Shown here in pieces: positions 9,183 through 17,510 of a DNA stretch of 33,420 nt. The translations under genes and the position numbers were made by a program. The notes beneath the pieces were generated by a model. The model had not been told where the DNA came from, did not search any database, and saw nothing but the letters and a program-made list of their open reading frames with translations. Source of the stretch: an uncultured bacterium (lineage in GTDB: Bacteria > Bacillota_I > Bacilli_A > RF39 > UBA660); assembly GCA_900314225.1 (NCBI GenBank), contig OMUM01000080.1:1-33420 (forward strand), given 5' to 3'. Position 1 is the first letter of the stretch; the number at the start of each line of letters is the position of its first letter.

Positions 9183-9727
9183 ATATAGGAATTGATTTAG
9201 ATAATACTATTTGTAATACTAGTGAGATTATAAATTATTATTTGAAAGATTATTCTACCGAAACTGGTATGGATATAGATGAAATAGTTAATGATGGTGA
9301 TTTAAAACAATCTTTCTTTAATATTTATTTAGAAGATATTTATACTAATGTTAAAGCTAAAAAGGAAGCAATTGAATTTATTAATAAACTCAAAAGTAGA
9401 GGTAATAAGATATATATAATAACTGCTAGAAGTAGTGATATTACTTTTGCTATTAAAGATGTTAAGAAGATTACATTGGACTGGTTAAATAAAAATAATT
9501 TAAGTTTTGATCAAATAGTTTTTTCTGTATATGGTGATAGCAAAAAAGAGGCTTGCAATAATTTAAATATTGATATAATGATCGATGATGATATTTATAA
9601 TTTTGAAAGAATAAATTCTGGTAGGACAAGATGCTTTTTATATGATGAAGAAAATAAATATAAAGATAATAAAAATATATTTAGAAATTGGAAAGAAATA
9701 GAAAATTATTTTGAAAGAGGTTTATAG
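9179..9727 (+). CDS. HAD-superfamily hydrolase, 5'(3')-deoxyribonucleotidase-like
   Basis: Motif I IGIDLDNTICN (DxDxT), ITARS, and a C-terminal IDDD acidic motif. ATGA overlap with the ylbL-like gene. Confidence 0.6.
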   Translation: MNIGIDLDNTICNTSEIINYYLKDYSTETGMDIDEIVNDGDLKQSFFNIYLEDIYTNVKAKKEAIEFINKLKSRGNKIYIITARSSDITFAIKDVKKITLDWLNKNNLSFDQIVFSVYGDSKKEACNNLNIDIMIDDDIYNFERINSGRTRCFLYDEENKYKDNKNIFRNWKEIENYFERGL

Positions 9728-9728
9728 T

Positions 9729-10511
9729 ATGAAAAAAGTTTTATGTTTGTTAATTGTGTTTATGGGACTTATTACATTTAATGTTAATGCTGCTGAGTAT
9801 AAAGAATTAGAATTAATTCCAGTAAATTCAGGGGGAAATATTACTGTTACTACGAATTATTTTAAATATATAAATATTAAGTATAATAATAATAAAATTT
9901 CATTTGGAACAATTAGAAATATTTCTAGTGAAGATAAAGCAGTAACTGTATCAATTGGTTTTTTTAATGAAAATAAAATAAATATTGGTACTGTAAATTA
10001 TTGCTCTAAAGACAATAATTTAGCTCCTAAGCAAGGAATAGTATATGCAATAGACTTTGATAAAGATATTTTAGCACCTGGTAAAACAACTAAAGATATA
10101 AAATATATGGCTATAATAAGTGATAATATTAATTGTAATGTTGGTAATTCTCAAGAATATGTAGGAGATCGAATTGAAGAAATTGGGCAACCTAAGAATA
10201 ATACTTTAAGTGACAGTGAAAAAAGATTAATTAATCTTTTGCTAGTTATTGGTGGAGTTGGTTTATTTATATTTGTATATAATTATTTATTTTCAAATAA
10301 ATATAAAAATTTTGATGGAGAAGATGTAAGACAAAATTATAATTATATTAATAAAAAACTAGCTAGAAAAAGGGAATATGATGCGATTAATAATCCTCCA
10401 CAACCAAAACCTAGAAAACAAGAAAAATCAGATAAAGTTATAGCTGAAGAAAAATTAGAAAAATCAAAAGAAAATACTGATTCTTCTGATTTACATAATT
10501 TTTATAAATAA
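9729..10511 (+). CDS. Hypothetical exported protein with N-terminal signal peptide and C-terminal TM anchor
   Basis: MKKVLCLLIVFMGLITFNVNA|AEY is a signal peptide. A second TM segment (LINLLLVIGGVGLFIFVYNYLF) is followed by a K/E/P-rich tail. The ORF track starts at TTG 9711. ATG 9729 lies 7 nt after AAAGAGG. Confidence 0.5.
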   Translation: MKKVLCLLIVFMGLITFNVNAAEYKELELIPVNSGGNITVTTNYFKYINIKYNNNKISFGTIRNISSEDKAVTVSIGFFNENKINIGTVNYCSKDNNLAPKQGIVYAIDFDKDILAPGKTTKDIKYMAIISDNINCNVGNSQEYVGDRIEEIGQPKNNTLSDSEKRLINLLLVIGGVGLFIFVYNYLFSNKYKNFDGEDVRQNYNYINKKLARKREYDAINNPPQPKPRKQEKSDKVIAEEKLEKSKENTDSSDLHNFYK

Positions 10512-10524
10512 ATTACTTTTTTAT

Positions 10525-10552
10525 AAGGAACTATTTATAGTTCCTTTTTTTC
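10525..10552 (+). terminator. Rho-independent terminator
   Basis: 9-bp stem AAGGAACTA / TAGTTCCTT (10525-10533 / 10538-10546) with a 4-nt loop, then a T7 run. Confidence 0.65.
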
Positions 10553-10590
10553 ATAATTTCCCATAATTTTATAATAATTATTACATAATT
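10552..10590 (+). repeat. 39-nt box, copy 1 (CATAATTTCCCATAATTTTATAATAATTATTACATAATT)
   Basis: Repeated 136 nt downstream with one mismatch. It contains CATAATTT twice at 10-bp phasing and a TATAAT hexamer. Confidence 0.8.
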
Positions 10591-10687
10591 GAATGTTACT
10601 ATTAATACATGAAAAGGAGGAATGCTTATAAGATAAATAAAAAAAGAATAAAAATAATTAATCTTAATTAGATTTTAAATAAAATCA

Positions 10688-10726
10688 CATAATTTCCCAC
10701 AATTTTATAATAATTATTACATAATT
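10688..10726 (+). repeat. 39-nt box, copy 2
   Basis: 38/39 identical to 10552-10590 (T to C at position 13). Confidence 0.8.
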
Positions 10727-10864
10727 TAGAGATATGATTTATTTAGTAAAGGAGGATGATAGTATAAGGTTAGATTGAAACATTAAATAACAACAAAATT
10801 AATAAATTTTATTTAAATAGATTAAAAAAAGGAGGTATGTCCAATAACATATAAATATAAATAG

Positions 10865-10873
10865 TGTTATACT
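10865..10873 (+). promoter_or_regulatory. Putative extended -10 element TGTTATACT
   Basis: TGnTATACT 20 nt upstream of the response-regulator ATG, just before the AGGTGG SD. Confidence 0.35.
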
Positions 10874-10892
10874 ATTTAGTAGGTGGTAATTT

Positions 10893-11555
10893 ATGTATAC
10901 AGTGTGTTTAGTTGAAGACGAAGAAGCTTTATCTAATGTTGTTAAGGCATATTTAGAAAGAGCTGGTTATAAGGTAATTTGTTTTACTAAGGGAAGTGAA
11001 GCAATTAATTATATCGGAAATAAAGTGGATGTTTGGATCTTAGATATAATGTTAGGAGATGATGTAAATGGATATGATGTAATCAAAGCTATCCGTGAAA
11101 ATAATGAAAATGTTCCTGTAATATTTACATCCGCAAGAGATCAAGAACTTGATAAGATATTTGGATTGGAACTTGGTAGTGATGATTACATGACAAAGCC
11201 GTATTCTAGTAAAGAACTTGTTTTAAGAGTTAATAATATTATTAAAAGAGTTTATAAATCTGATAATAAAATAAATATAATTAATTATGAAGATTATATA
11301 ATTGATCTTGATAAAAGAAAAGTTGAACAAGATAAAAAAAATATAAAATTAACAACACTTGAATTTGATTTATTAGTTTTATTATTAAAAAATAAAGGTA
11401 AATGTTTTACTAGAGAAGAAATATTGAGTGAAGTATGGGGAAATGATTATTTTGGGACTGATAGAGTAGTCGATGATTTGATTAGACGTCTTAGAAAGAA
11501 ACTCCCTAAATTGAATATTGAAGCTGTTTATGGCTATGGATATAGATTATCATGA
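10893..11555 (+). CDS. OmpR/PhoB-family response regulator
   Basis: Receiver domain (VWILDIMLGD acceptor Asp, YMTKPY) plus a winged-helix trans_reg_C domain (LTTLEFDLLVLLL ... VDDLIRRLRKKL ... GYGYRL). Confidence 0.9.
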   Translation: MYTVCLVEDEEALSNVVKAYLERAGYKVICFTKGSEAINYIGNKVDVWILDIMLGDDVNGYDVIKAIRENNENVPVIFTSARDQELDKIFGLELGSDDYMTKPYSSKELVLRVNNIIKRVYKSDNKINIINYEDYIIDLDKRKVEQDKKNIKLTTLEFDLLVLLLKNKGKCFTREEILSEVWGNDYFGTDRVVDDLIRRLRKKLPKLNIEAVYGYGYRLS

Positions 11556-12838
11556 AAAATTTTTATAAAAAATATAGTCTATCTAAGCAACTAATAATAA
11601 TTGTTGGTATAACATTCTTCTTATTATTTCTTTCTTTAGGGATAATTCTACCTAGACTGTTAATTCCCTTAGCTGAGTCAAATATCTATAATTATTTAAG
11701 TGAACCACTAAAAGTTTATACTAATAATAGTCCTACTGAATTAAAGAATAGTGAAATTGCTTTTATTTATATTTCTAATGATAATGTCATTGCTAGTAGA
11801 AATATAAATGATGTTATCAAAACTAAAAATTTAAATAAAATAATAAATAAAATGAATGACTCATATGGAAAATTTACTTATAATTATAAAACATACTACT
11901 ACTATACTTTAAAAGATGATAATATAAAAAAAATAGCTATTGCTGATGATAGTTATATTAATAGAACGAAAGAAGATATTATAAAAGCAATATTTCCAAC
12001 TATACTTGCTACATTTCTTTTAATTAGTTTAACACTACTTTTTTGGTCTACTATTGTAATACATAAGATTGATAAATTAAAAGAAAAAATAGATAATATT
12101 GATAATCCAGATTATGATCATAAATTAAATTTTCAAGTTGATGACGAGATGAGATCTTTAGAGTTAGCCATTGAAGATATGCGTATTTCTCTTATCAATC
12201 AAGAGAAGTATCGTAATCAGATGTATCAAAATATTTCACATGATTTTAAAACGCCTCTCACTGTAATAAAATCATATATTGAAGCTGTAGAAGATGGAGT
12301 AGAAGATAATGCTACTGCACTTGCTACTATTAAAGAACAGACAAATAAATTAGAACAAAAAGTACACTCACTTCTTTATCTAAATAAACTTGATTATCTT
12401 AAAAATTCTAAGAATATTAATATGGATGAAATAGACATGGAAAAAGTCATACACTCGGAAGTAGAAAAGTTTAAATTTACTAGAAAAGAAATTAATTTTG
12501 AAGTAAACTTTGATAAGAAGTCTAAGTTCTATGGATCTATTGAAAATTGGGAAACGATTCTTGATAATTTACTTAGTAATTTTATGAGATATGCTAAAAA
12601 TAATATTAAAATTACGGTTAAACAGAATAAATTAATTTTATATAATGATGGAGAAAATATTGATAATGATTTCCTAGAAGCTATATTTACTCCCTTTAGG
12701 AAAGGAATAAAAGGTCAATTTGGATTAGGTTTATCTATTGTTAAAAAAACCCTTAACTTAATGGAATATGATATTACTATAAAAAATGAAAAAAAAGGTG
12801 TATCATTTATTATTACTCGTGAGAAAGGCCATAGTTAA
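11552..12838 (+). CDS. Sensor histidine kinase (HisKA + HATPase_c), two TM segments
   Basis: H-box SHDFKTPLT, N-box LDNLLSNFMRYA and G-box GQFGLGLSIV. ATGA overlap with the regulator gene. Confidence 0.9.
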   Translation: MKNFYKKYSLSKQLIIIVGITFFLLFLSLGIILPRLLIPLAESNIYNYLSEPLKVYTNNSPTELKNSEIAFIYISNDNVIASRNINDVIKTKNLNKIINKMNDSYGKFTYNYKTYYYYTLKDDNIKKIAIADDSYINRTKEDIIKAIFPTILATFLLISLTLLFWSTIVIHKIDKLKEKIDNIDNPDYDHKLNFQVDDEMRSLELAIEDMRISLINQEKYRNQMYQNISHDFKTPLTVIKSYIEAVEDGVEDNATALATIKEQTNKLEQKVHSLLYLNKLDYLKNSKNINMDEIDMEKVIHSEVEKFKFTRKEINFEVNFDKKSKFYGSIENWETILDNLLSNFMRYAKNNIKITVKQNKLILYNDGENIDNDFLEAIFTPFRKGIKGQFGLGLSIVKKTLNLMEYDITIKNEKKGVSFIITREKGHS

Positions 12839-12853
12839 TCTGTGGCTTTTTTT
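12824..12853 (+). terminator. Probable rho-independent terminator
   Basis: 8-bp stem AAAGGCCA / TGGCTTTT (one G-U pair) with an 11-nt loop, then a T run. It overlaps the kinase stop codon. Confidence 0.45.
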
Positions 12854-12883
12854 ATTATTAATCTTTAAATATTATTATTTGTT

Positions 12884-12892
12884 TGTTATAAT
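12884..12892 (+). promoter_or_regulatory. Putative extended -10 promoter element TGTTATAAT
   Basis: Exact TGnTATAAT 25 nt upstream of ATG 12917. TTTAAA lies at the -35 position with a 17-nt spacer. Confidence 0.4.
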
Positions 12893-12916
12893 TAAGCTAG
12901 ACTAGGAGTTGATTAT

Positions 12917-13795
12917 ATGAGTAGGATAAAGGATAGGACTACTAGAGATGCTGTATCTTTTGTTTTATTGATGATTGGTACTATAATTTCAGCTTTTGCT
13001 TTAGAGTGTTGTTTAATTCCAAATATTATATTAGACGGAGGAGTTACTGGTATATCTATTATTATTTATAAATTATTTAATTTACCAGTTTCATTACTTG
13101 TATTAATTTTAAATATTCCTTTTGTTTATATTGGATATAAGAATTTAGGTAAGAATTTTCTTTATAGAACAATATTTTCTATGATTTGTTTTTCTTTATT
13201 TTTGTCAGTATTTGAAGATTTTGCTCCATTGGTTGATGACAAATTATTAGCAACTGTGTTTGGTGGTGCTTTATATGGTCTTGGTGTAGGCATTGTTATA
13301 AAATTTGGTGGATGTGTTGATGGAACAGAAAGTGTTGCAATTGTAATTAGTAAAAAAACATCATTTTCTGTTGGACAAATAGTCTTAATTTTTAATCTTG
13401 TTATTTTTACTATAGCAGGCTTTATATTTGGAATAAATAGAGCATTATATTCTTTACTTACTTACTTTATTACTTCAAAAGTTGTTGATTTAGTATCTAC
13501 TGGTTTAGAGCAAGCAAAAGCTGCTTTAATAATTACTGATAAGAGTAATGATTTATCTCGTGAAATATATAAAAGACTTGGTAGAACTACTACAACAATT
13601 AAAGGAAAAGGTTTAATTAGCGGAGAAAAAGAAGTTTTATATTGTGTATTGACAAGAATTGAAGTATATGAATTAAAACATATAGTTGAAGAAATGGATG
13701 AAAGTGCTTTTGTTTCAATTACTGATGTTTCTGAAATAATTGGTAATCATATAAAAAGTACTAATAAAATAAAAAAATTAAGAAAAGTAAAATAA
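12917..13795 (+). CDS. YitT-family membrane protein (C-terminal DUF2179)
   Basis: Five or six TM segments with the LDGGVTGISII motif, and a soluble C-terminal domain (ALIITDKSNDLSREIYKRLGRTTTTIKGKG ... FVSITDV). Confidence 0.8.
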   Translation: MSRIKDRTTRDAVSFVLLMIGTIISAFALECCLIPNIILDGGVTGISIIIYKLFNLPVSLLVLILNIPFVYIGYKNLGKNFLYRTIFSMICFSLFLSVFEDFAPLVDDKLLATVFGGALYGLGVGIVIKFGGCVDGTESVAIVISKKTSFSVGQIVLIFNLVIFTIAGFIFGINRALYSLLTYFITSKVVDLVSTGLEQAKAALIITDKSNDLSREIYKRLGRTTTTIKGKGLISGEKEVLYCVLTRIEVYELKHIVEEMDESAFVSITDVSEIIGNHIKSTNKIKKLRKVK

Positions 13796-13821
13796 AGTTT
13801 CTTGAACTAAGAAACTTTTTA
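13794..13821 (+). terminator. Rho-independent terminator
   Basis: 10-bp stem AAAGTTTCTT / AAGAAACTTT with a 5-nt loop, followed by TTTTAT. Confidence 0.65.
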
Positions 13822-13881
13822 TATGCTAAAAAATGTGATATACTTCTATTTGAGGAGAAATTAATAAATGCAGGTGAAATA

Positions 13882-14496
13882 ATGTACGAAGATAAGACTT
13901 TTTATAGAATTGTAAAGCCAGTAGTTAGTTTTTTATTTAAAATTGTTTTCAGGCCTGAAATTAAGGGTGTTGAAAATATTCCTAAGCAAGGAAGGGTATT
14001 AGTAGCTGGTAATCATACTAGTTATTTAGATCCAGCACTTCTTGTTACGGCATCTCCTAGACAAATTCATTTTCTGGCTAAAAAAGAATTATGGAAGGGT
14101 ATAACTCATTTTATAGTTGTTGGTATGGGAGCTGTTCCAGTTAATAGAAAAATACATGATAAAGATGCTTTAGAAAGTGCTTATAAATATTTGGAAAATG
14201 ATAAATGTGTGGGAATATTTCCAGAAGGAACGATTAATAGAACAGACGATGTTATTATGCCTTTTAAAATGGGGGCTATTAAAGCTTGTAACAAGACTAA
14301 TTCTAAATTGGTACCTTTTATTATTACTGGTGAATATAAAATATTTAAAAAGAGTATAAAGATTGAATTTTTAAAACCAATAGAAGTTTCTGATAACTTA
14401 GAAAAAGAAAATAATAAATTTATGAAAATTGTAAGCAAAAAATTAATTGAAGGAGGAAAAATTCATGGAACAAAAAGAAAAAATGGGCGTATATAA
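13882..14496 (+). CDS. plsC: 1-acyl-sn-glycerol-3-phosphate acyltransferase (PlsC family)
   Basis: Motif I NHTSYLDP, motif II VNR, motif III FPEGT, motif IV PFKMGA...VPF. Confidence 0.8.
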   Translation: MYEDKTFYRIVKPVVSFLFKIVFRPEIKGVENIPKQGRVLVAGNHTSYLDPALLVTASPRQIHFLAKKELWKGITHFIVVGMGAVPVNRKIHDKDALESAYKYLENDKCVGIFPEGTINRTDDVIMPFKMGAIKACNKTNSKLVPFIITGEYKIFKKSIKIEFLKPIEVSDNLEKENNKFMKIVSKKLIEGGKIHGTKRKNGRI

Positions 14497-15286
14497 GTTT
14501 TTTAGATCTGTTTTAGGTTTTATTTATAGATTGTATTATAATCCTACTATTATAGGTCGTGAGAATATTCCTAAAGGTGGATCAATATTAGTAGTTGGTA
14601 ATCATGTTCATATTATGGATCAATGTAATGTGATTATTGTTACTAAAAGATGTCTTCATTATATGGCAAAGAAAGAATATTTTGATGGTAAATTTGAATG
14701 GTTTTTTAGATCAGTTGGATGTATACCAGTAGATAGAAGTAAAAAAGATGAACATGCTACAGGTGAAGCACTAGATGTACTAAAAAATGGTTGGGCACTT
14801 GGATTGTTTCCTGAAGGCACTAGAAATGCTTTAAAAGAAGAAAGAGCTAAAGAAATATATGATAAGTATTTTAATAAAAATTTAGATTTTTCAGAATTTT
14901 ATGAGAAAGTAAAAAATGAAAGAACTTCTCAAATTAATTATTTAGAAGAATTACTAAATAATAAAAAGATAACTAAAAATGATTTTATAAATAATTTTTA
15001 TGATGTAGATAGTTATTTGAAGAAATTAGTTAAAAAGAAACAAATTACTAAAAATGAGTATTATGATCATATTTTACTTCCATTTAAATTTGGAACAGTA
15101 TCTATGGCTAAAAAGACTAATAGTAAAATAGTTCCATTTATTGTTACAGGAGATTATAAATTTAGAAGTAAAAATTTGACTATTAGAATTGGTAAACCAA
15201 TTGATCCAATGGATGACTTGGATGAAGCTAATAAAAAATTACGAACAACTATGCTTGAATTATATAAGGAAAACGTTGGTAAATAA
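14465..15286 (+). CDS. PlsC-family acyltransferase paralog with an ~82-aa insertion between motifs III and IV
   Basis: NHVHIMDQ, VDR, FPEGTRN, then ~82 aa, then PFKFGT...VPF. The ORF track starts at TTG 14447. ATG 14465 lies 9 nt after GGAGG. Confidence 0.75.
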   Translation: MEQKEKMGVYKFFRSVLGFIYRLYYNPTIIGRENIPKGGSILVVGNHVHIMDQCNVIIVTKRCLHYMAKKEYFDGKFEWFFRSVGCIPVDRSKKDEHATGEALDVLKNGWALGLFPEGTRNALKEERAKEIYDKYFNKNLDFSEFYEKVKNERTSQINYLEELLNNKKITKNDFINNFYDVDSYLKKLVKKKQITKNEYYDHILLPFKFGTVSMAKKTNSKIVPFIVTGDYKFRSKNLTIRIGKPIDPMDDLDEANKKLRTTMLELYKENVGK

Positions 15287-15352
15287 TGTCAACAAGATAT
15301 TGTTAATTGTAAAAAATAATAAAAAATGTGTTAGAATTTAATTGGTGATAAT

Positions 15353-16156
15353 ATGAAACATAATGAATTTGATAATGAAGAAAAATATAAATTATATCGT
15401 CAAGTAAATGAATTGTTACATCCAACAATATCTAAGAAAAATATTAGTAATTATAGAATTATTATTGCTGAAGAATTATTACCATTAAGAGTATTTTACC
15501 CTTTAAAAGTTTCTAATATGAAAAATATTGTAATATACATACATGGTGAAGAGAAGGTTACTGGATGTGAAAAGAAATATTCTAATATTTCTAGTAATTT
15601 TTCTAAGAAATATAATAATTTAGTTATATCAATTGATTATGATAATTATACTAATTTGTCTTTAAAAGAACTTCATATAAAAATATATAATACTTTAAAA
15701 AAAATATATAAAGATTTGTTAAAAACAGGTATTTTAAAAGAAAATATTACATTGATAGGAGATTCAACAGCTGCGACAATGATTCTTTCTTTAACTAAAA
15801 AAATGTATAAAGATAGTATAATATTTGGTAAGTATATTTTATTTTATCCTCCAGTTTCTGGTAATTATAGTAAATTAAAAAATAGTTTAAATTTAGAATT
15901 TTTTTCTAATTTAAAAGAATATTATAGAGGTATTAGAAAGCCTTCTTTTCCAATTAATGATAAGTTGATATATCCTAAGACTTTAATTTTATGTGGAAAA
16001 GTTGATCCTCTTTTGGAAGAAATAAAAGAATTTTCTAATGTTCATGAAGAAATAAAATTAAAAGAAATTACTTTTGCTGATCATGGCTTTTTAGGATCAA
16101 ATGATAAAGAGATTAATAATGAATATACTATGGCTATTAGTAAATTTATGAAGTAA
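15353..16156 (+). CDS. Alpha/beta hydrolase fold-3 (esterase/lipase-like) protein with variant motifs
   Basis: IYIHGEEKVTG aligns with the HGGG oxyanion motif, LVISIDYD is present, and the nucleophile elbow is GDSTAA. The acid and His residues are DPLLEE and ADHGF. Confidence 0.6.
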   Translation: MKHNEFDNEEKYKLYRQVNELLHPTISKKNISNYRIIIAEELLPLRVFYPLKVSNMKNIVIYIHGEEKVTGCEKKYSNISSNFSKKYNNLVISIDYDNYTNLSLKELHIKIYNTLKKIYKDLLKTGILKENITLIGDSTAATMILSLTKKMYKDSIIFGKYILFYPPVSGNYSKLKNSLNLEFFSNLKEYYRGIRKPSFPINDKLIYPKTLILCGKVDPLLEEIKEFSNVHEEIKLKEITFADHGFLGSNDKEINNEYTMAISKFMK

Positions 16157-16189
16157 TTTTTATCGATGCTAGTCAGATAAATTTAAATA

Positions 16190-16198
16190 TGTTATAAT
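16190..16198 (+). promoter_or_regulatory. Putative extended -10 promoter element TGTTATAAT
   Basis: Exact TGnTATAAT 18 nt upstream of ATG 16216. Confidence 0.35.
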
Positions 16199-16215
16199 TT
16201 TTACGGTGATAATAA

Positions 16216-16749
16216 ATGGAAAAAAGGAGAACTAAAAAAGAAATTGTAAAGATGTTACTAAAAAATAACTCTCTTGATGAGAAAGATGAAGAAGAACTTA
16301 TTGATTTACTTGTAGATCAACCTATAAGTATTGATATTGATAAACAAGAAGAAGCTAAAATGACTTTTGGTGATAAAGTTGCTGATAAAGTTAGTGAAAT
16401 TGCTGGTTCTTGGGGCTTCATTTTAGGATTTAGTTTGTTTTTAATTTTTTGGATTATTTTAAATGGTGTAATTTTAACAGGAAATAATAAAATAGATAGT
16501 TATCCTTTTATATTATTAAATTTACTTCTATCTTGTATTGCTGCATTACAAGCACCAATTATTATGATGAGTCAGAATCGTCAAGCTGAAAAAGATAGTC
16601 TTCGCAATCAAAATGATTATCGTACAGATTTAAAGAGTGAATTAATTTTAGAGGAATTACATCATAAGATGGATCTATTACTAAAAAATCAAAAAAAGAT
16701 ATTAAGTTATATTGAACCTGAAGGGGATAATGAAAATGAAGAAAAGTAG
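16216..16749 (+). CDS. DUF1003-family membrane protein
   Basis: FGDKVADKVSEIAGSWGFI, two TM helices, and the conserved PIIMMSQNRQAEKDSLRNQNDY segment. Confidence 0.7.
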   Translation: MEKRRTKKEIVKMLLKNNSLDEKDEEELIDLLVDQPISIDIDKQEEAKMTFGDKVADKVSEIAGSWGFILGFSLFLIFWIILNGVILTGNNKIDSYPFILLNLLLSCIAALQAPIIMMSQNRQAEKDSLRNQNDYRTDLKSELILEELHHKMDLLLKNQKKILSYIEPEGDNENEEK

Positions 16750-17254
16750 TATTTTAATTCTTTCGATAATAGCATTATTTTTATTAACGGCTTGCTTTAA
16801 TTCTTCTAAGTCTGAAGAAAAGATTGTTAGTAATAACGAAGAAGTTAATACTTCTTCTATGAAACATAAAAAATGTACTAGAGAGGGTACTGCTGGATCA
16901 AATATAGATGTTTCCTTGAGTTATGATTTATATTATACGGGTGAAAATTTAGATATTTTACATTCTGTAGAAAAAGTAACTGCTACATCAAGTGCTGATT
17001 TAGATAAATATGAATCAGCTTATAAGAAAATTTATAAGAATTATGAAGGTTTAAAATATTATGATGCTAAAGTTATTAGAGGTGATACAACTGTTACTAG
17101 TGACGTTACAATAAATTATGATAAAATAGATACTCAAGAACTACTTAATATTGAGGGTTCAGAAGATAATATTATAGAAGATGGTAAAGCTAAAGTGGAT
17201 AAGTGGCTTACACTTGCTAAAAAGTTTGGAACTGAGTGTAAGGATGTTAAATAA
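16736..17254 (+). CDS. Lipoprotein (DUF1307/YehR-like, tentative)
   Basis: MKKSSILILSIIALFLLTAC carries the lipobox LTAC. The alternative ATG 16730 adds MK. The ORF track starts at TTG 16712, inside the upstream gene. Confidence 0.65.
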   Translation: MKKSSILILSIIALFLLTACFNSSKSEEKIVSNNEEVNTSSMKHKKCTREGTAGSNIDVSLSYDLYYTGENLDILHSVEKVTATSSADLDKYESAYKKIYKNYEGLKYYDAKVIRGDTTVTSDVTINYDKIDTQELLNIEGSEDNIIEDGKAKVDKWLTLAKKFGTECKDVK

Positions 17255-17268
17255 TTATATCTTCTAAT

Positions 17269-17344
17269 GTTCGGATAATTTAATTGGATAAAATATTTCC
17301 CTCCGACGGAAAAAATAAGGGTTCAAGTCCCTTTCTGAACACCA
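17269..17344 (+). tRNA. tRNA-Arg (anticodon CCG)
   Basis: Hand-folded 76-nt cloverleaf. Acceptor GTTCGGA/TCTGAAC, D stem ATTT/AAAT with a GG loop, anticodon stem TTTCC/GGAAA with loop CTCCGAC, T arm AAGGG-TTCAAGT-CCCTT. CCA is encoded. Confidence 0.85.
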
Positions 17345-17351
17345 AATAGAT

Positions 17352-17427
17352 GCCAACTTAGCACAGCTGGTAGTGCAACGCACTCGTAACGCGTAGGTCG
17401 TAGGTTCGAATCCTATAGTTGGCACCA
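17352..17427 (+). tRNA. tRNA-Thr (anticodon CGT)
   Basis: 76-nt cloverleaf. Acceptor GCCAACT/AGTTGGC, D stem GCAC/GTGC, anticodon loop CTCGTAA, T arm GTAGG-TTCGAAT-CCTAT. CCA is encoded. There is one A-C mismatch at the base of the anticodon stem. Confidence 0.85.
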
Positions 17428-17510
17428 TTATTTTATAAATATATTAAAACATAAAAATTTTTTTATGATATATAACTAGTCAATGTAGAAAAATATTGCT
17501 ATAATAATTT

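Noticed and set aside
10552-10726. Possible CRISPR-like repeat-spacer structure
   Set aside because: There are only two copies of the 39-nt box and no further repeats. The box is AT-rich and non-palindromic, and no cas genes are present. It fits a duplicated regulatory region better.
14177-14438. 60-aa plus-strand and 85-aa minus-strand ORFs overlapping plsC
   Set aside because: Both lie wholly within the acyltransferase CDS, whose motifs III and IV are encoded there. Neither has a ribosome-binding site.
17433-17470. AT-only hairpin (CATAAAA/TTTTATG) after tRNA-Thr(CGT) as a terminator
   Set aside because: The stem is made only of A-T pairs with a 4-nt loop and cannot be distinguished from background in this composition.
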